Assembly: GCA_964493385.1 (NCBI GenBank)
Contig: CAZBNW010000001.1
Coordinates: 22,267-86,266, forward strand
Direction of reading: 5' to 3'
Length of the DNA: 64,000 nucleotides
From: an uncultured archaeon
Lineage (GTDB): Archaea > Asgardarchaeota > Lokiarchaeia > Sigyniarchaeales > SOKP01
Shown here one piece after another: positions 50,820-60,032 of the stretch. Each line of letters starts with the position of its first letter. Within the stretch, counting starts at the first letter, position 1. The position numbers were made by a program, and so were the translations under genes. The notes below the pieces were generated by a model. It made no database searches. It worked only from the letters and a program-made list of their open reading frames with translations, and was not told the origin of the DNA.

Positions 50820-52571
50820 ATGGCTAAAAAAAGAAAAGAAGATTCTCCTTTTGGTTATATTTATCGAGCTACTAATATTCATAATGGGAAAAATTACATA
50901 GGAAAGACTGAAAAAACCATAGAAAAAAGATGGGGTAAACATCTAAGCGATGCTAGGTTATTAGAGCGAGAGCGAGAAGCTAATCCTAATAAAAAAGTAT
51001 TGGGTACTCATTTTGATAATGCTCTAGTTAAGTATGGTCCTGATGCATTTATTGTTAAGCAGGAAGATATTGCTTATAGTAAAGAAGAATTGAATGAGTT
51101 AGAAAGATATTATGTTAAAGAATATGATTCGATGAATCCAGATAAAGGCTATAATATGACCGAGGGTGGTGATGGAGGTAGACAAAGTCCAGAAGTAATA
51201 GAAAAGATGGCTGAAATAAGTAGAGCAAGAGCTAAAGATCCAGAATGGAGAGAAAAAATGACTAAAATTAATCGAGAGATTACGCAAAGACCAGAATATC
51301 GGGAGAAGATGAGTAAAATCAGTAAAGAAAGACAACAAGATCCAGAATATCGGGAAAAAATGAGTAATACTATTACAGAAAAATACCAAAAGGATGCTGA
51401 GTATTACAATAAGCAAGCTAATGAAAGGAGGGAAAGAGCAAAGGATCCAATATGGAGAGAAAAGATGGCTGAAATAAATAGAGCAAGAGCTAAAGATCCA
51501 GAATGGAGAGAAAAAATGACTAAAATTAATCGAGAGATTACCCAAAGACCAGGATATAGCGAGAAAATGAGTAATTCTATTACAGAAAAATGGAAGGATC
51601 CGGAATATCAGCAAAAACAAATAGAGTCCCATAGACCATACAAAAAAGAGATAACTGATAAGCGACAATTCCTCGAAGATATTCAAAATATGCAGAAAAA
51701 GGATATTGATGAGAAATATAATATGGATGGGAAGACGGTAAATAGAAGAATAGAAGAAATGTTGGGTGATCGTGGTGTTAAGAACTACACAGAAGCAAAA
51801 AAATATCTAGAAGATAAAAAAATTGACAATGTTTTGAAAGATATCGAGGACCAAAATGTTGAGAAGCAAGAAGATAGGCAGATATCAGAGAGCAAGCCTG
51901 AAGATTCAGAAAAAGAGCCAAGAGAGGATCATGAAAAAGAATTAAAAGATAAGGAATCAGCAGAAGAGAAAGCTGAAGAGCCATCGAAAGAGATAACAGA
52001 TAAGCCTACTGAAGAAGAAAGAGAGGAAAAAAAGGATGAATTATCAGAGGAACAGATCGAGGAGTCTCACGATCAAGCTGCTATCGATAATCAATCTAGT
52101 GAATCTTCTGAAGAGATGAGTAAAGAGCACAAATTTGAAACGAGTGGCCCTCCAAGAGAGGGTTCAGTACAGGATTTAATAGCAGAGAAGATTAGAGAGA
52201 ATGAGGAAGAAAAAGCTAAGAGAAATGCTGAAAGAGGGAGGGGATTTATTGATTATTATGATATTCCGATATACATTAACGATTTAATTAAAAGTGATTG
52301 GGATCATCTTGGACACACCGATACCAATAGTGAAAAAGATTATGACGGTCTTGATAAATCTTCAGACAACATCTCATTTATATCCAGAGATCATGAAGGA
52401 ATTGATGAGACTTCTAGCGAGGGAGATAAGGATTTTCAAGGTTTAGATAAGGAATCTAAGGAGGAAAGAGAAGATTTTGCTGGAATTGACGATTATTCAA
52501 GTGAAGGGGGTAAGGATTATGACCATATCGATGAGGAATATAGTGGTGATGAACATGGAGGAGAAGCATAG
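50820..52571 (+). CDS. GIY-YIG nuclease (I-TevI-like core) with NUMOD3-like repeat array and long acidic C-terminal tail
   Basis: GYIYR (from 50853), NYIGKT (50895-50909), EKRWGKH and YNMTEGG follow the GIY-YIG order. About 10 copies of DPE(W/Y)REKMS-type 17-aa repeats follow. The C-terminal ~250 aa are E/D/K-rich and end in five D(Y/F/H)xG(L/I)D motifs. Confidence 0.8.
   Translation: MAKKRKEDSPFGYIYRATNIHNGKNYIGKTEKTIEKRWGKHLSDARLLEREREANPNKKVLGTHFDNALVKYGPDAFIVKQEDIAYSKEELNELERYYVKEYDSMNPDKGYNMTEGGDGGRQSPEVIEKMAEISRARAKDPEWREKMTKINREITQRPEYREKMSKISKERQQDPEYREKMSNTITEKYQKDAEYYNKQANERRERAKDPIWREKMAEINRARAKDPEWREKMTKINREITQRPGYSEKMSNSITEKWKDPEYQQKQIESHRPYKKEITDKRQFLEDIQNMQKKDIDEKYNMDGKTVNRRIEEMLGDRGVKNYTEAKKYLEDKKIDNVLKDIEDQNVEKQEDRQISESKPEDSEKEPREDHEKELKDKESAEEKAEEPSKEITDKPTEEEREEKKDELSEEQIEESHDQAAIDNQSSESSEEMSKEHKFETSGPPREGSVQDLIAEKIRENEEEKAKRNAERGRGFIDYYDIPIYINDLIKSDWDHLGHTDTNSEKDYDGLDKSSDNISFISRDHEGIDETSSEGDKDFQGLDKESKEEREDFAGIDDYSSEGGKDYDHIDEEYSGDEHGGEA
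51201..51574 (+). repeat. intragenic direct repeat: two 116-bp copies (51201-51316, 51459-51574) offset by 258 bp
   Basis: Hand alignment: the first 83 bp differ at 1 position and the remaining 33 bp at 5. The offset is a multiple of 3, so this is an 86-codon duplication within the repeat array. Confidence 0.85.
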
Positions 52572-54525
52572 CATTAGCGCCGAAGATGAGATATTATTTT
52601 GGCAAACTTGTATTAAAATAACGCAAGCTCCAGAACCATTTAAACCTCAAGAAATTCAGGAGACTGCTGTCCCTTTTTATCAGAAGCATGAAGATATTAG
52701 ATCCTTTCTATATGATCCGTTTGGGCACAATCCTCCAGGAGTTTACGGTCTTAGATTAACCGCAAATGATAATATTGAAGTCGCTTTTTTTTCTAAAGCA
52801 ATCTCAAAAATGGGACCAATTAAATCAGGTCATGCGTGGCTTTCTAATTTGAGGTATAAATTCATAGGATTAGATGGTATTGTTGAAGCGAAACCAATAA
52901 TAAAAGATGGCCAAAAAATATTGAAAGAGAGTAAATTATTCGAAATTAGCCTTCCAATGGGGTATATTAAGAACAAAATCAATATAATTGAAAGATTCAT
53001 TAGTGCTTTTTATCATAAAGCAAACCACACTACGGAGCTAATTATTTTATGGCAGAGAGAACCTCGTTCGGAGAAATCTCAGGAGCAATCTAATTTATTT
53101 AATATACGAGTTTTTATAAAATGCGATTTGAACGATTCCAATTTAGACGAGAGATTAAAACTCGAAGGCATAATACAATTCTTATCGATGGATATTGAAA
53201 ATCAAATGGGGGATCGTGCGAGAGTTGTTAATCCTTCTGATGTTTCAAATCTAAAAATACTGGAAGGGAGCGTTTTTAATGACAGATGTGAATCATTAAG
53301 AAATTTTGTTCAAGAAGATGTTAATTTTGATTTTCCAGAGAATCTTCCATTACCAAGGCTTCCAATTTTAAAAAATGAAAATGTGAGATATATCGATATC
53401 CACGAGGATTTTAAGAAAACAGCGATAACAGTAGGAAATCATATCAAGGATGGTGTGATAACTAACCATGAAACATTTGTACCAATTAACAAACTTCCTC
53501 AAGATTTAGCTATTTTCGGGAAATCTGGCAGTGGAAAAACATATTTTCTCGCTCGATTCATACAAGAGCTTACTGAAAAATCAGAAGAAGTTGGGATTTT
53601 AGTATTAAATATCGCAAAAGAATCTCAAGAGATTTTCTATCATAATTTTAAAAAAGTAAAGTATTCTGATGAGGATTTTTATATACCTTATTTTATTAAA
53701 ACTGAAAAAGAAACTCTAAAAAAACGTTTGCAGGAGATTGCTACTTATATTTGCGCGTCATTAGGACTAAAAAATGTTTTTGAAAAAATTATCTACCGTA
53801 CTGAAATAGGTTTCTTAGAATTAAAAGGAAAACTACCCGAATTCTTTATAAGTTTACTAAGAGGTGTAGAGACTTATATCAGAAATAATCCATATGGTCC
53901 AGAAGAACAGGCTAATTTATTACAAGTTTTTAGAAATAGAATGAACGTTTTTGATGAAGATAAAGTCCAAAATGTTTTAAAAATAACTGAAAGTCTGCCA
54001 AAATGGGTTGATGAGTGGCTAAATGGTAAAAATATCTTTCTTGATTTATCCATGAGCAGCAAATTTGTAAAAATGCTGATTGTAAATGCGATATTTCAGC
54101 TTGTAAGAACTGTTACAAAAGATAGTGAAGCTGAGGAGTTAAAATACCTCATCGTTATTGATGAAGCTCATGCTATTTTAGAAAAACCTATTACTACGAA
54201 CAGCGATGACGCTGACTTTATCATGAAAGAACAAATGGCAAAAATATTTTCTGAATTATTAAAAGAATATCGAAGCCGAGGGGTTGGATTTGTCATTGCA
54301 GATCAATCTCCTGACAATTTATTTAAGGATGTTGCCTCTCAGCCAAGCATAAAAGTAATTTTTAGGCAGGACTTTCCTAATAATTCGCTCTTTTCAGAAG
54401 ATCCTTTTGAACGACAAATCTTAACACAATTACCGAACAGACTCGCCTTAGTAATCAATGGTGCTACAGGAGAGAAATATCTAATTAAGACATTGGATTA
54501 TAATGAAATTAACTTCTTCAATTAA
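52519..54525 (+). CDS. HerA/FtsK-superfamily (DUF87-like) ATPase with uncharacterised ~330-aa N-terminal region
   Basis: Walker A FGKSGSGKTYF (53518-53541), Walker B LIVIDEAH (54154-54171) and RSRGVGFVIADQSPDNL (HerA-like R-finger/Q motif). Candidate starts at 52519, 52531, 52549 and 52555 all overlap the upstream gene's end. Confidence 0.7.
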   Translation: MTISMRNIVVMNMEEKHSISAEDEILFWQTCIKITQAPEPFKPQEIQETAVPFYQKHEDIRSFLYDPFGHNPPGVYGLRLTANDNIEVAFFSKAISKMGPIKSGHAWLSNLRYKFIGLDGIVEAKPIIKDGQKILKESKLFEISLPMGYIKNKINIIERFISAFYHKANHTTELIILWQREPRSEKSQEQSNLFNIRVFIKCDLNDSNLDERLKLEGIIQFLSMDIENQMGDRARVVNPSDVSNLKILEGSVFNDRCESLRNFVQEDVNFDFPENLPLPRLPILKNENVRYIDIHEDFKKTAITVGNHIKDGVITNHETFVPINKLPQDLAIFGKSGSGKTYFLARFIQELTEKSEEVGILVLNIAKESQEIFYHNFKKVKYSDEDFYIPYFIKTEKETLKKRLQEIATYICASLGLKNVFEKIIYRTEIGFLELKGKLPEFFISLLRGVETYIRNNPYGPEEQANLLQVFRNRMNVFDEDKVQNVLKITESLPKWVDEWLNGKNIFLDLSMSSKFVKMLIVNAIFQLVRTVTKDSEAEELKYLIVIDEAHAILEKPITTNSDDADFIMKEQMAKIFSELLKEYRSRGVGFVIADQSPDNLFKDVASQPSIKVIFRQDFPNNSLFSEDPFERQILTQLPNRLALVINGATGEKYLIKTLDYNEINFFN

Positions 54526-54595
54526 TATTAGACCAACATAGAATTGAAGAATTCGTTATAAAAAAGGCAATTAATTACATTCTGAGACATTTAAT

Positions 54596-55099
54596 TTAGA
54601 TATCAAATATTGGTTCATGATCTACATCGTCTACCCAATAATTAAATTTCTCTGCTAAAAACTGCTTTATCTCATCTATTTTAATTTTTTTGGCTTTTAA
54701 AGTAAAACCATACACATTTAATGACGCAGGCATACTCAATTCTAAAGATTTTTTCATATTTTCTTCAGTAAATTCATCTAGGGGAACAAAAATACTATTC
54801 TTATTTTCTTCTTGATATGGATATTTCTCACCAAATTCAATCATAGAATTAACATTACTTAAAATTCCTAATTTACTCATTCTATAATTCATAACTAAAT
54901 TAAAAATAGCAAGCAAAATATGCCAATCCTTCCATCCCTGAGATCTTAAAATTTCCTTAAGGATTTGGAAGTCTTCAGTTGGAACTATTCTTTTTAATGA
55001 TAACCGAATTGAAGGAATGCAATTCTTATATCTTTTTTTTATCATCTCTTCAGATTTTTTTTTATCATAAAATTTACTTAACTTGCTCATTGGCATCAC
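54596..55099 (-). CDS. hypothetical protein, overlapping partner of the HNH-like gene
   Basis: 167-aa ORF whose start overlaps the stop of 55074-57401 by 26 nt on the same strand. No motif recognised. Confidence 0.4.
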   Translation of the reverse strand: MMPMSKLSKFYDKKKSEEMIKKRYKNCIPSIRLSLKRIVPTEDFQILKEILRSQGWKDWHILLAIFNLVMNYRMSKLGILSNVNSMIEFGEKYPYQEENKNSIFVPLDEFTEENMKKSLELSMPASLNVYGFTLKAKKIKIDEIKQFLAEKFNYWVDDVDHEPIFDI

Positions 55100-57401
55100 T
55101 ATAAATTAGCTTATAATAATTAAAAAAATCTTTTTGAACCAGTGATTTATATAAAACCCGATATAGATTAGAAAAATAACCCGTTTCGAATATGGGAACT
55201 ATCTCTTGCATAACTTGATCTAATGATATAATCATATGAGATCTCATTATGTTTATTAGTATACTGATAAATCTGGGGATATATTCTTTGTCCGTTTCGA
55301 TAGGAATTTCAATAAATATTTCCTCATTGCTATCATAAAAATGAAACTTATCTGATGGTAATACCTTAAATTTAAGATCCTCAGTAGATAAAGTGTCAAT
55401 ATCTTCTAGAGTGGATAAGAGTATTTGGACATATGCAATAAATTCTTCTGCTATCATGGTATCAATGAATTTATTTCTCCATTGGACGGTCCAATTTATT
55501 CCTAGTTGAGCCCAAGTAAAGATTCTTTCTTCTTCTGTATCCCTAAATGGAACTTTATTCAATTTTTTTAACATTTTAATATCATCTGGAGAATAAGAGA
55601 ACTGAGTCCTATTAATTACTTCTTCAGTTATACCTAATAAATCATATACATTAAGAAAATCTCTAATTATTTCATATAGCTTATTAGATCTTTGTTTTGC
55701 ATAAGCTAATGATCTGATTATGTTTTCAAGGAGAATATATGCATTACTATCTTTTTCTTTTGAAAAATTAAAACCTTCTATTGAATAAAATTCCCTGAGA
55801 ATTAAGGATATTGATGAAAAATAGACCGCCTCAAGAGTGTGATTTAAATCGTAGCTTAACATAGCAAGTCTATCTGTACCGCAATCATAAGTAAGCTGCT
55901 TAATATTATACTCTGCATCAATTTCATTTGATAGATAATAAGCGACCATAAAATAATATTTTGATGCATAAAATAATCCCAATTTAGTATAACTCTCACC
56001 TAGATAGTAAATTGAGAAGATACAATCATAGAGTGTATCAGGAGTAAAACTTTTATTTTTTATTTTTTGAAAATGTTTAATAACCTTTGGATATCTTTCG
56101 TTATTAAATAGTTCAATCCCTATGTTCATCAAATCTGTGATAGTGGAATTATTTCCTTCATAAGTATTCTTCAGATTAACAATTCTGTCAAATAAATCAT
56201 TAAATTCCTTATGCTCTCGAATGATTGGAAGTTTCTCAGAAAGTCCTATAAAATAATTATAAAATACATTGAAATCGAAAAATTTCGTTCCCTCTAGAAT
56301 TTCTAAAAGTAGCCTTAATTCTCGATAGTATTTTTCTATCCAATGTATCAAAGCCACATCCCTATCCTCTGTTAAAAATTCTTCTCTAGTCAAACCCGTA
56401 TTAATAAGAAATTTAGCATATTCTAAATTAGCAATTCTCATATTAGTTTTAGAATTTCTAATATTTTCTTCTAAAGTCTTCAAGAGTTCTTCTCTAATAT
56501 CAAAAACAGTGTCAATTTTTGATTTTACCTTACGTCGTTGAAATTCTCCATTAAAATAATTGAATAACGTTGAAGCTTGCGTTAGAGTTTCCACATTAAT
56601 TTCCTTTTTCATAGATTTAAAATATTCTATTAATTCAATTTCAATTGGGATCAAGCTTTTTCTAGTATAAAACATTCCCATTAATTTTTCATAAAATAGA
56701 TTTTTATACAATTTGCTATCTTCGATTGTTCTTTCTAAGAAACTATCAATCAGACTAATCCAAAAATCAATATCTTCAATCTTCTTTTTTTGGGAATATC
56801 TTATTGCACTCTTTACCTCGAAATATTCTCCAAAATTATAAAATCTAATACCTTCTGTTCTGTATTTATTCAAAATTATATTATAATTTTCTAATTCTTC
56901 AATTTCTTTTACTTCTTCTAAATTTACTCTCAAACCCTCAGAGGCTAATGATTTAAAATCAATTTTTTTTTCATCAATTAATTTTATAATATCAACTATT
57001 TTTGCTGCCGACCTCTTATCTAAGTCCTTTTTAAATTTATCACTTAATTCTACTACCTTAGGTTTTAGGTCCTGAGCTTTTACCAATGCTCTCTCAATAT
57101 GCCCTCTATACGCATCACCCTCATCATCTAATCCTTTATCGCTTTTCATCAAATTAAAATGTTCTGTAGAAGGACACAGATTTTCAATACCGTGAATATT
57201 GAAATCATCGTCTAAATGATATTTTTGTTTCCATTTATCGAACTCATCAGGCTCTTTTGGTCTAATTAATACTCTTTCAGGAATTACGTGATCAATCTCC
57301 ATTTCTAGAAATCCTATTGAAGTTCTTTCATAACCACTTTTACAGTCATAAGCAATCCAAATTGCTTTTCTCAAATGAATCGGTATTTTCTGTTTTGACA
57401 T
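55074..57401 (-). CDS. HNH-like (beta-beta-alpha-Me) nuclease domain fused to a large helical/TPR-like repeat region
   Basis: The N-terminal 90 aa contain LEMEIDHVIPE (DH), IENLCPS (N) and EHFNLMKSDK (H/N-K), in HNH order but without the usual CxxC pairs. The remaining ~680 aa are helical with Y/L-rich TPR-like stretches (YYLGESYTKLGLFYASKYYF). No P-loop seen. Confidence 0.55.
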   Translation of the reverse strand: MSKQKIPIHLRKAIWIAYDCKSGYERTSIGFLEMEIDHVIPERVLIRPKEPDEFDKWKQKYHLDDDFNIHGIENLCPSTEHFNLMKSDKGLDDEGDAYRGHIERALVKAQDLKPKVVELSDKFKKDLDKRSAAKIVDIIKLIDEKKIDFKSLASEGLRVNLEEVKEIEELENYNIILNKYRTEGIRFYNFGEYFEVKSAIRYSQKKKIEDIDFWISLIDSFLERTIEDSKLYKNLFYEKLMGMFYTRKSLIPIEIELIEYFKSMKKEINVETLTQASTLFNYFNGEFQRRKVKSKIDTVFDIREELLKTLEENIRNSKTNMRIANLEYAKFLINTGLTREEFLTEDRDVALIHWIEKYYRELRLLLEILEGTKFFDFNVFYNYFIGLSEKLPIIREHKEFNDLFDRIVNLKNTYEGNNSTITDLMNIGIELFNNERYPKVIKHFQKIKNKSFTPDTLYDCIFSIYYLGESYTKLGLFYASKYYFMVAYYLSNEIDAEYNIKQLTYDCGTDRLAMLSYDLNHTLEAVYFSSISLILREFYSIEGFNFSKEKDSNAYILLENIIRSLAYAKQRSNKLYEIIRDFLNVYDLLGITEEVINRTQFSYSPDDIKMLKKLNKVPFRDTEEERIFTWAQLGINWTVQWRNKFIDTMIAEEFIAYVQILLSTLEDIDTLSTEDLKFKVLPSDKFHFYDSNEEIFIEIPIETDKEYIPRFISILINIMRSHMIISLDQVMQEIVPIFETGYFSNLYRVLYKSLVQKDFFNYYKLIYSDANEQVK

Positions 57402-57844
57402 TCTTAAATTAATGATTATTACTTTTGTTTATTAATCTGCATAGTGTTATAATTATCTCTAAATTTCTTAAAGATACTATTATAATAATTTTAATTATTA
57501 ATGAAATTGAATTAATAATATAATGGGTATTGATTCCATGAATCCTCATTGATCATGTTTATAATACTAAAGATTTTATATTTTAATTAAGACAAAAATA
57601 TGAGAAAATGTCTTACAATGAGAGCACATAATTATCTTTTTAGAATTTCATGCTTGGAATTATATTATCCCGTAATTATTAATGATGATATTTGCATAAA
57701 TCCTAACTCTGATAACATGAGAGATGAAATTGAACCCAATTTAACTTATCTTGATTTTAATCCGGACTCCTTTTCTTATTTATTAATACAGAGTGAAATT
57801 CCATAGCACTTCTAAATATATCAAATTTCTTAAATATAATCTTA

Positions 57845-58348
57845 TTGTCTATTTTTTTATTTTCTGCAATTATGACTATTGTTTGGGATAATAAAATAGG
57901 TAATTATTTGAATTATTACAATTATGCAGAGTATAAAAAAAAGAAAACGAGACTTCAAGTATATAAACAAGAGTTAGAATTAATCTTTGCCAATTTTAAT
58001 TATATTTATAATTCAAAAAATTATTCTAATTTAATACTAAATTATAATAAATTAAAATCAAAAATTACAAGATTTCAGAGGATATTTGATAAAAAAGGTT
58101 CAAAGTTTAATATGATCTTTGAAAAATATAAGCCAATAATTGAACTTACAATTGCTATCACTGCTTGTTTTGTAGTTCATATAATAACTGGAGAAATATA
58201 TGATCTCAGACTTATCGATCCATTTATTATATATAAGTTTGTAGGGATAATTGGATTGCCTTTATTCATGATTTTTTTTAGGAATCGATTTTGGTCTAGA
58301 CGATTAGATGATTACCATATAAATTTCGTAATCTTAAAACAGATGTAA
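57845..58348 (+). CDS. hypothetical membrane protein
   Basis: 167 aa with one N-terminal and two C-terminal hydrophobic helices. N/Y/K-rich low-complexity middle. Confidence 0.3.
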   Translation: MSIFLFSAIMTIVWDNKIGNYLNYYNYAEYKKKKTRLQVYKQELELIFANFNYIYNSKNYSNLILNYNKLKSKITRFQRIFDKKGSKFNMIFEKYKPIIELTIAITACFVVHIITGEIYDLRLIDPFIIYKFVGIIGLPLFMIFFRNRFWSRRLDDYHINFVILKQM

Positions 58349-58350
58349 GA

Positions 58351-58962
58351 TTGCAGGATTATTTAAAGATTTTAAGAGTTTACTTTCAAAATAATGAAAA
58401 AGCTTTAAATTACATCCTTAAAAATAAATATTACGAAATTTTAACTAATTTAAACTTCCTAAAATTTAAAATCTTTTGTCCAATTAATAATCATGAAATA
58501 ACAGTAGAGAGCGATTTACAACTAAATAAGAATTTCATCAAATGCGAGGATTGCAATAGCTTTTTTGTGGTTAAAAATTCAATAATTAATATTATTCAAG
58601 CAAATATCTCATATATTTGTTTTAACTGTGGATACTCAAAATCTATAACAATAAATTCTACTGAAAGAAATATTAAGTTTAAATGTGAAAAATGTGGATT
58701 TAATAACATTAAAGGAATAGATATTATAGATTTATTGGGAATACTGTTAAGATTAAAAATGAGACAAAAAGAATTACTTCTTTTTTTTAATGAAAGAAAT
58801 CGTTATCTAGTTTTTGATGAATCTTTTTCATCCACTGAACAAAAAATTTCAAAGAAAGTATTACTACAAATAGGAGATAGAACTGAATTGTTAAAGATTA
58901 GTGCAAATTCGTTAAAAAAGAATCTTAAAGATTTTATTAAAAAGGGGACAAGAAATAATTAA
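58351..58962 (+). CDS. double zinc-ribbon protein
   Basis: CPINNH...CEDC and CFNCG...CEKCG Cys pairs. Starts 3 nt after the previous stop. Confidence 0.4.
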   Translation: MQDYLKILRVYFQNNEKALNYILKNKYYEILTNLNFLKFKIFCPINNHEITVESDLQLNKNFIKCEDCNSFFVVKNSIINIIQANISYICFNCGYSKSITINSTERNIKFKCEKCGFNNIKGIDIIDLLGILLRLKMRQKELLLFFNERNRYLVFDESFSSTEQKISKKVLLQIGDRTELLKISANSLKKNLKDFIKKGTRNN

Positions 58963-59681
58963 AAACATTTCTAGAAAGTAATAAAAATAAGAGATCTAAG
59001 TAAAAGGGAATCATTACCTTCAGGCAGTAATTCTGGAAAATGTTCAAACAATAATCGAAATCATGGGATATAATTAGTATAAATTGAGAAATTTAGTAAA
59101 AATGTATTTAGCTCTACTGCTCTTATCACATTAAACTTAGCTACTTCCCTAGCCCAATCAAAAAATTTTGGATTAATATAACTTAATAATTCATTAATGG
59201 TTTTCCTATCGACATCTTCAAAGTCTTTTTCTGTCATTAAATTGATAGATTTTATGCCTTATATCGTTATCATGGAGGGTTTGTCTTATAATTTTTCTGC
59301 TTATTCTATTTTAGAATTTAAAGAAGTTTCTGAATTTATGTCTTTTCCTAATATGGACCCTAATATTAAGATCCTATTAAAAGCTTAACTAATTTCAATT
59401 TCTGATTATATAAAGCCCCTTCAAGAAAAAGATCATCTAGATAATGTCCCCCAGATCCTATACCTCCCGTTTGATTCTCTTCTATGATACAAATTTTCAT
59501 ATATCCCTTCCACCCTAAGTTTTATAATTTTTCCAGTTCTTAGGACCTCTACAGAAATTTCCATGGAATTTTCTTTGAAATCAGACTCTGATTTTACCTT
59601 TCCATTCCAATTTCATAGGAAATTGGGACAAAATTTAAAAAGGCTCGAACCTTGTGTCTCTTAAAACGGAGGAAAAGACAA

Positions 59682-59915
59682 ATGAGCGAAAAATCGAACC
59701 CAAACAAAAATATATATACCTATAAATATGTACAATTCACGGTCACATCAAGTGAAAAAAAGCAGATTAAACATTTTGCCAATAAAGAGAACTTCAAAAT
59801 CACTTCCGAATTCGTAAGAAGAATAGTTTTTGACTATATCAGAAGACAAGAAAATCCCGAACTATTCCATTCCGCTGATACTAATCCCATAAATCTTCTA
59901 ATTTTCCAAATATAA
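59682..59915 (+). CDS. ribbon-helix-helix (CopG/Arc-like) protein
   Basis: YVQFTVTSSEKKQIKHFANKENFKITSEFVRRIVFDYIRRQ fits beta-strand, helix, helix with the S/T-E-F/I-R N-cap typical of RHH. Start taken at the internal Met. Confidence 0.45.
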   Translation: MSEKSNPNKNIYTYKYVQFTVTSSEKKQIKHFANKENFKITSEFVRRIVFDYIRRQENPELFHSADTNPINLLIFQI

Positions 59916-60032
59916 AAGATATTTTCCAACTAAATCAAGAAGTTAATAGTTTTAACATCAATCTTAAAATCTATAATATGTGGATAATTCTCTTAGCTAT
60001 TTATATTGATTATTGAGTAATAAATCAATTTC

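Noticed and set aside
51201-51574. Direct repeats, considered as a possible CRISPR or other non-coding array.
   Set aside because: There are only two long copies. They are in frame within a continuous ORF and encode the protein repeat. There is no spacer-repeat periodicity.
51099-51686. A 195-aa antisense ORF opposite the GIY-YIG repeat array.
   Set aside because: It mirrors the repetitive, stop-poor K/E-coding sequence, and its own translation is repetitive F/L/S filler. It is a shadow of the repeat.
57600-57806. Track ORFs 57600-57806 and 59197-59388.
   Set aside because: They are short, sit in promoter or decay regions, have odd composition and show no motif. 59197-59388 overlaps minus-strand fragments that read more like real, though broken, coding sequence.
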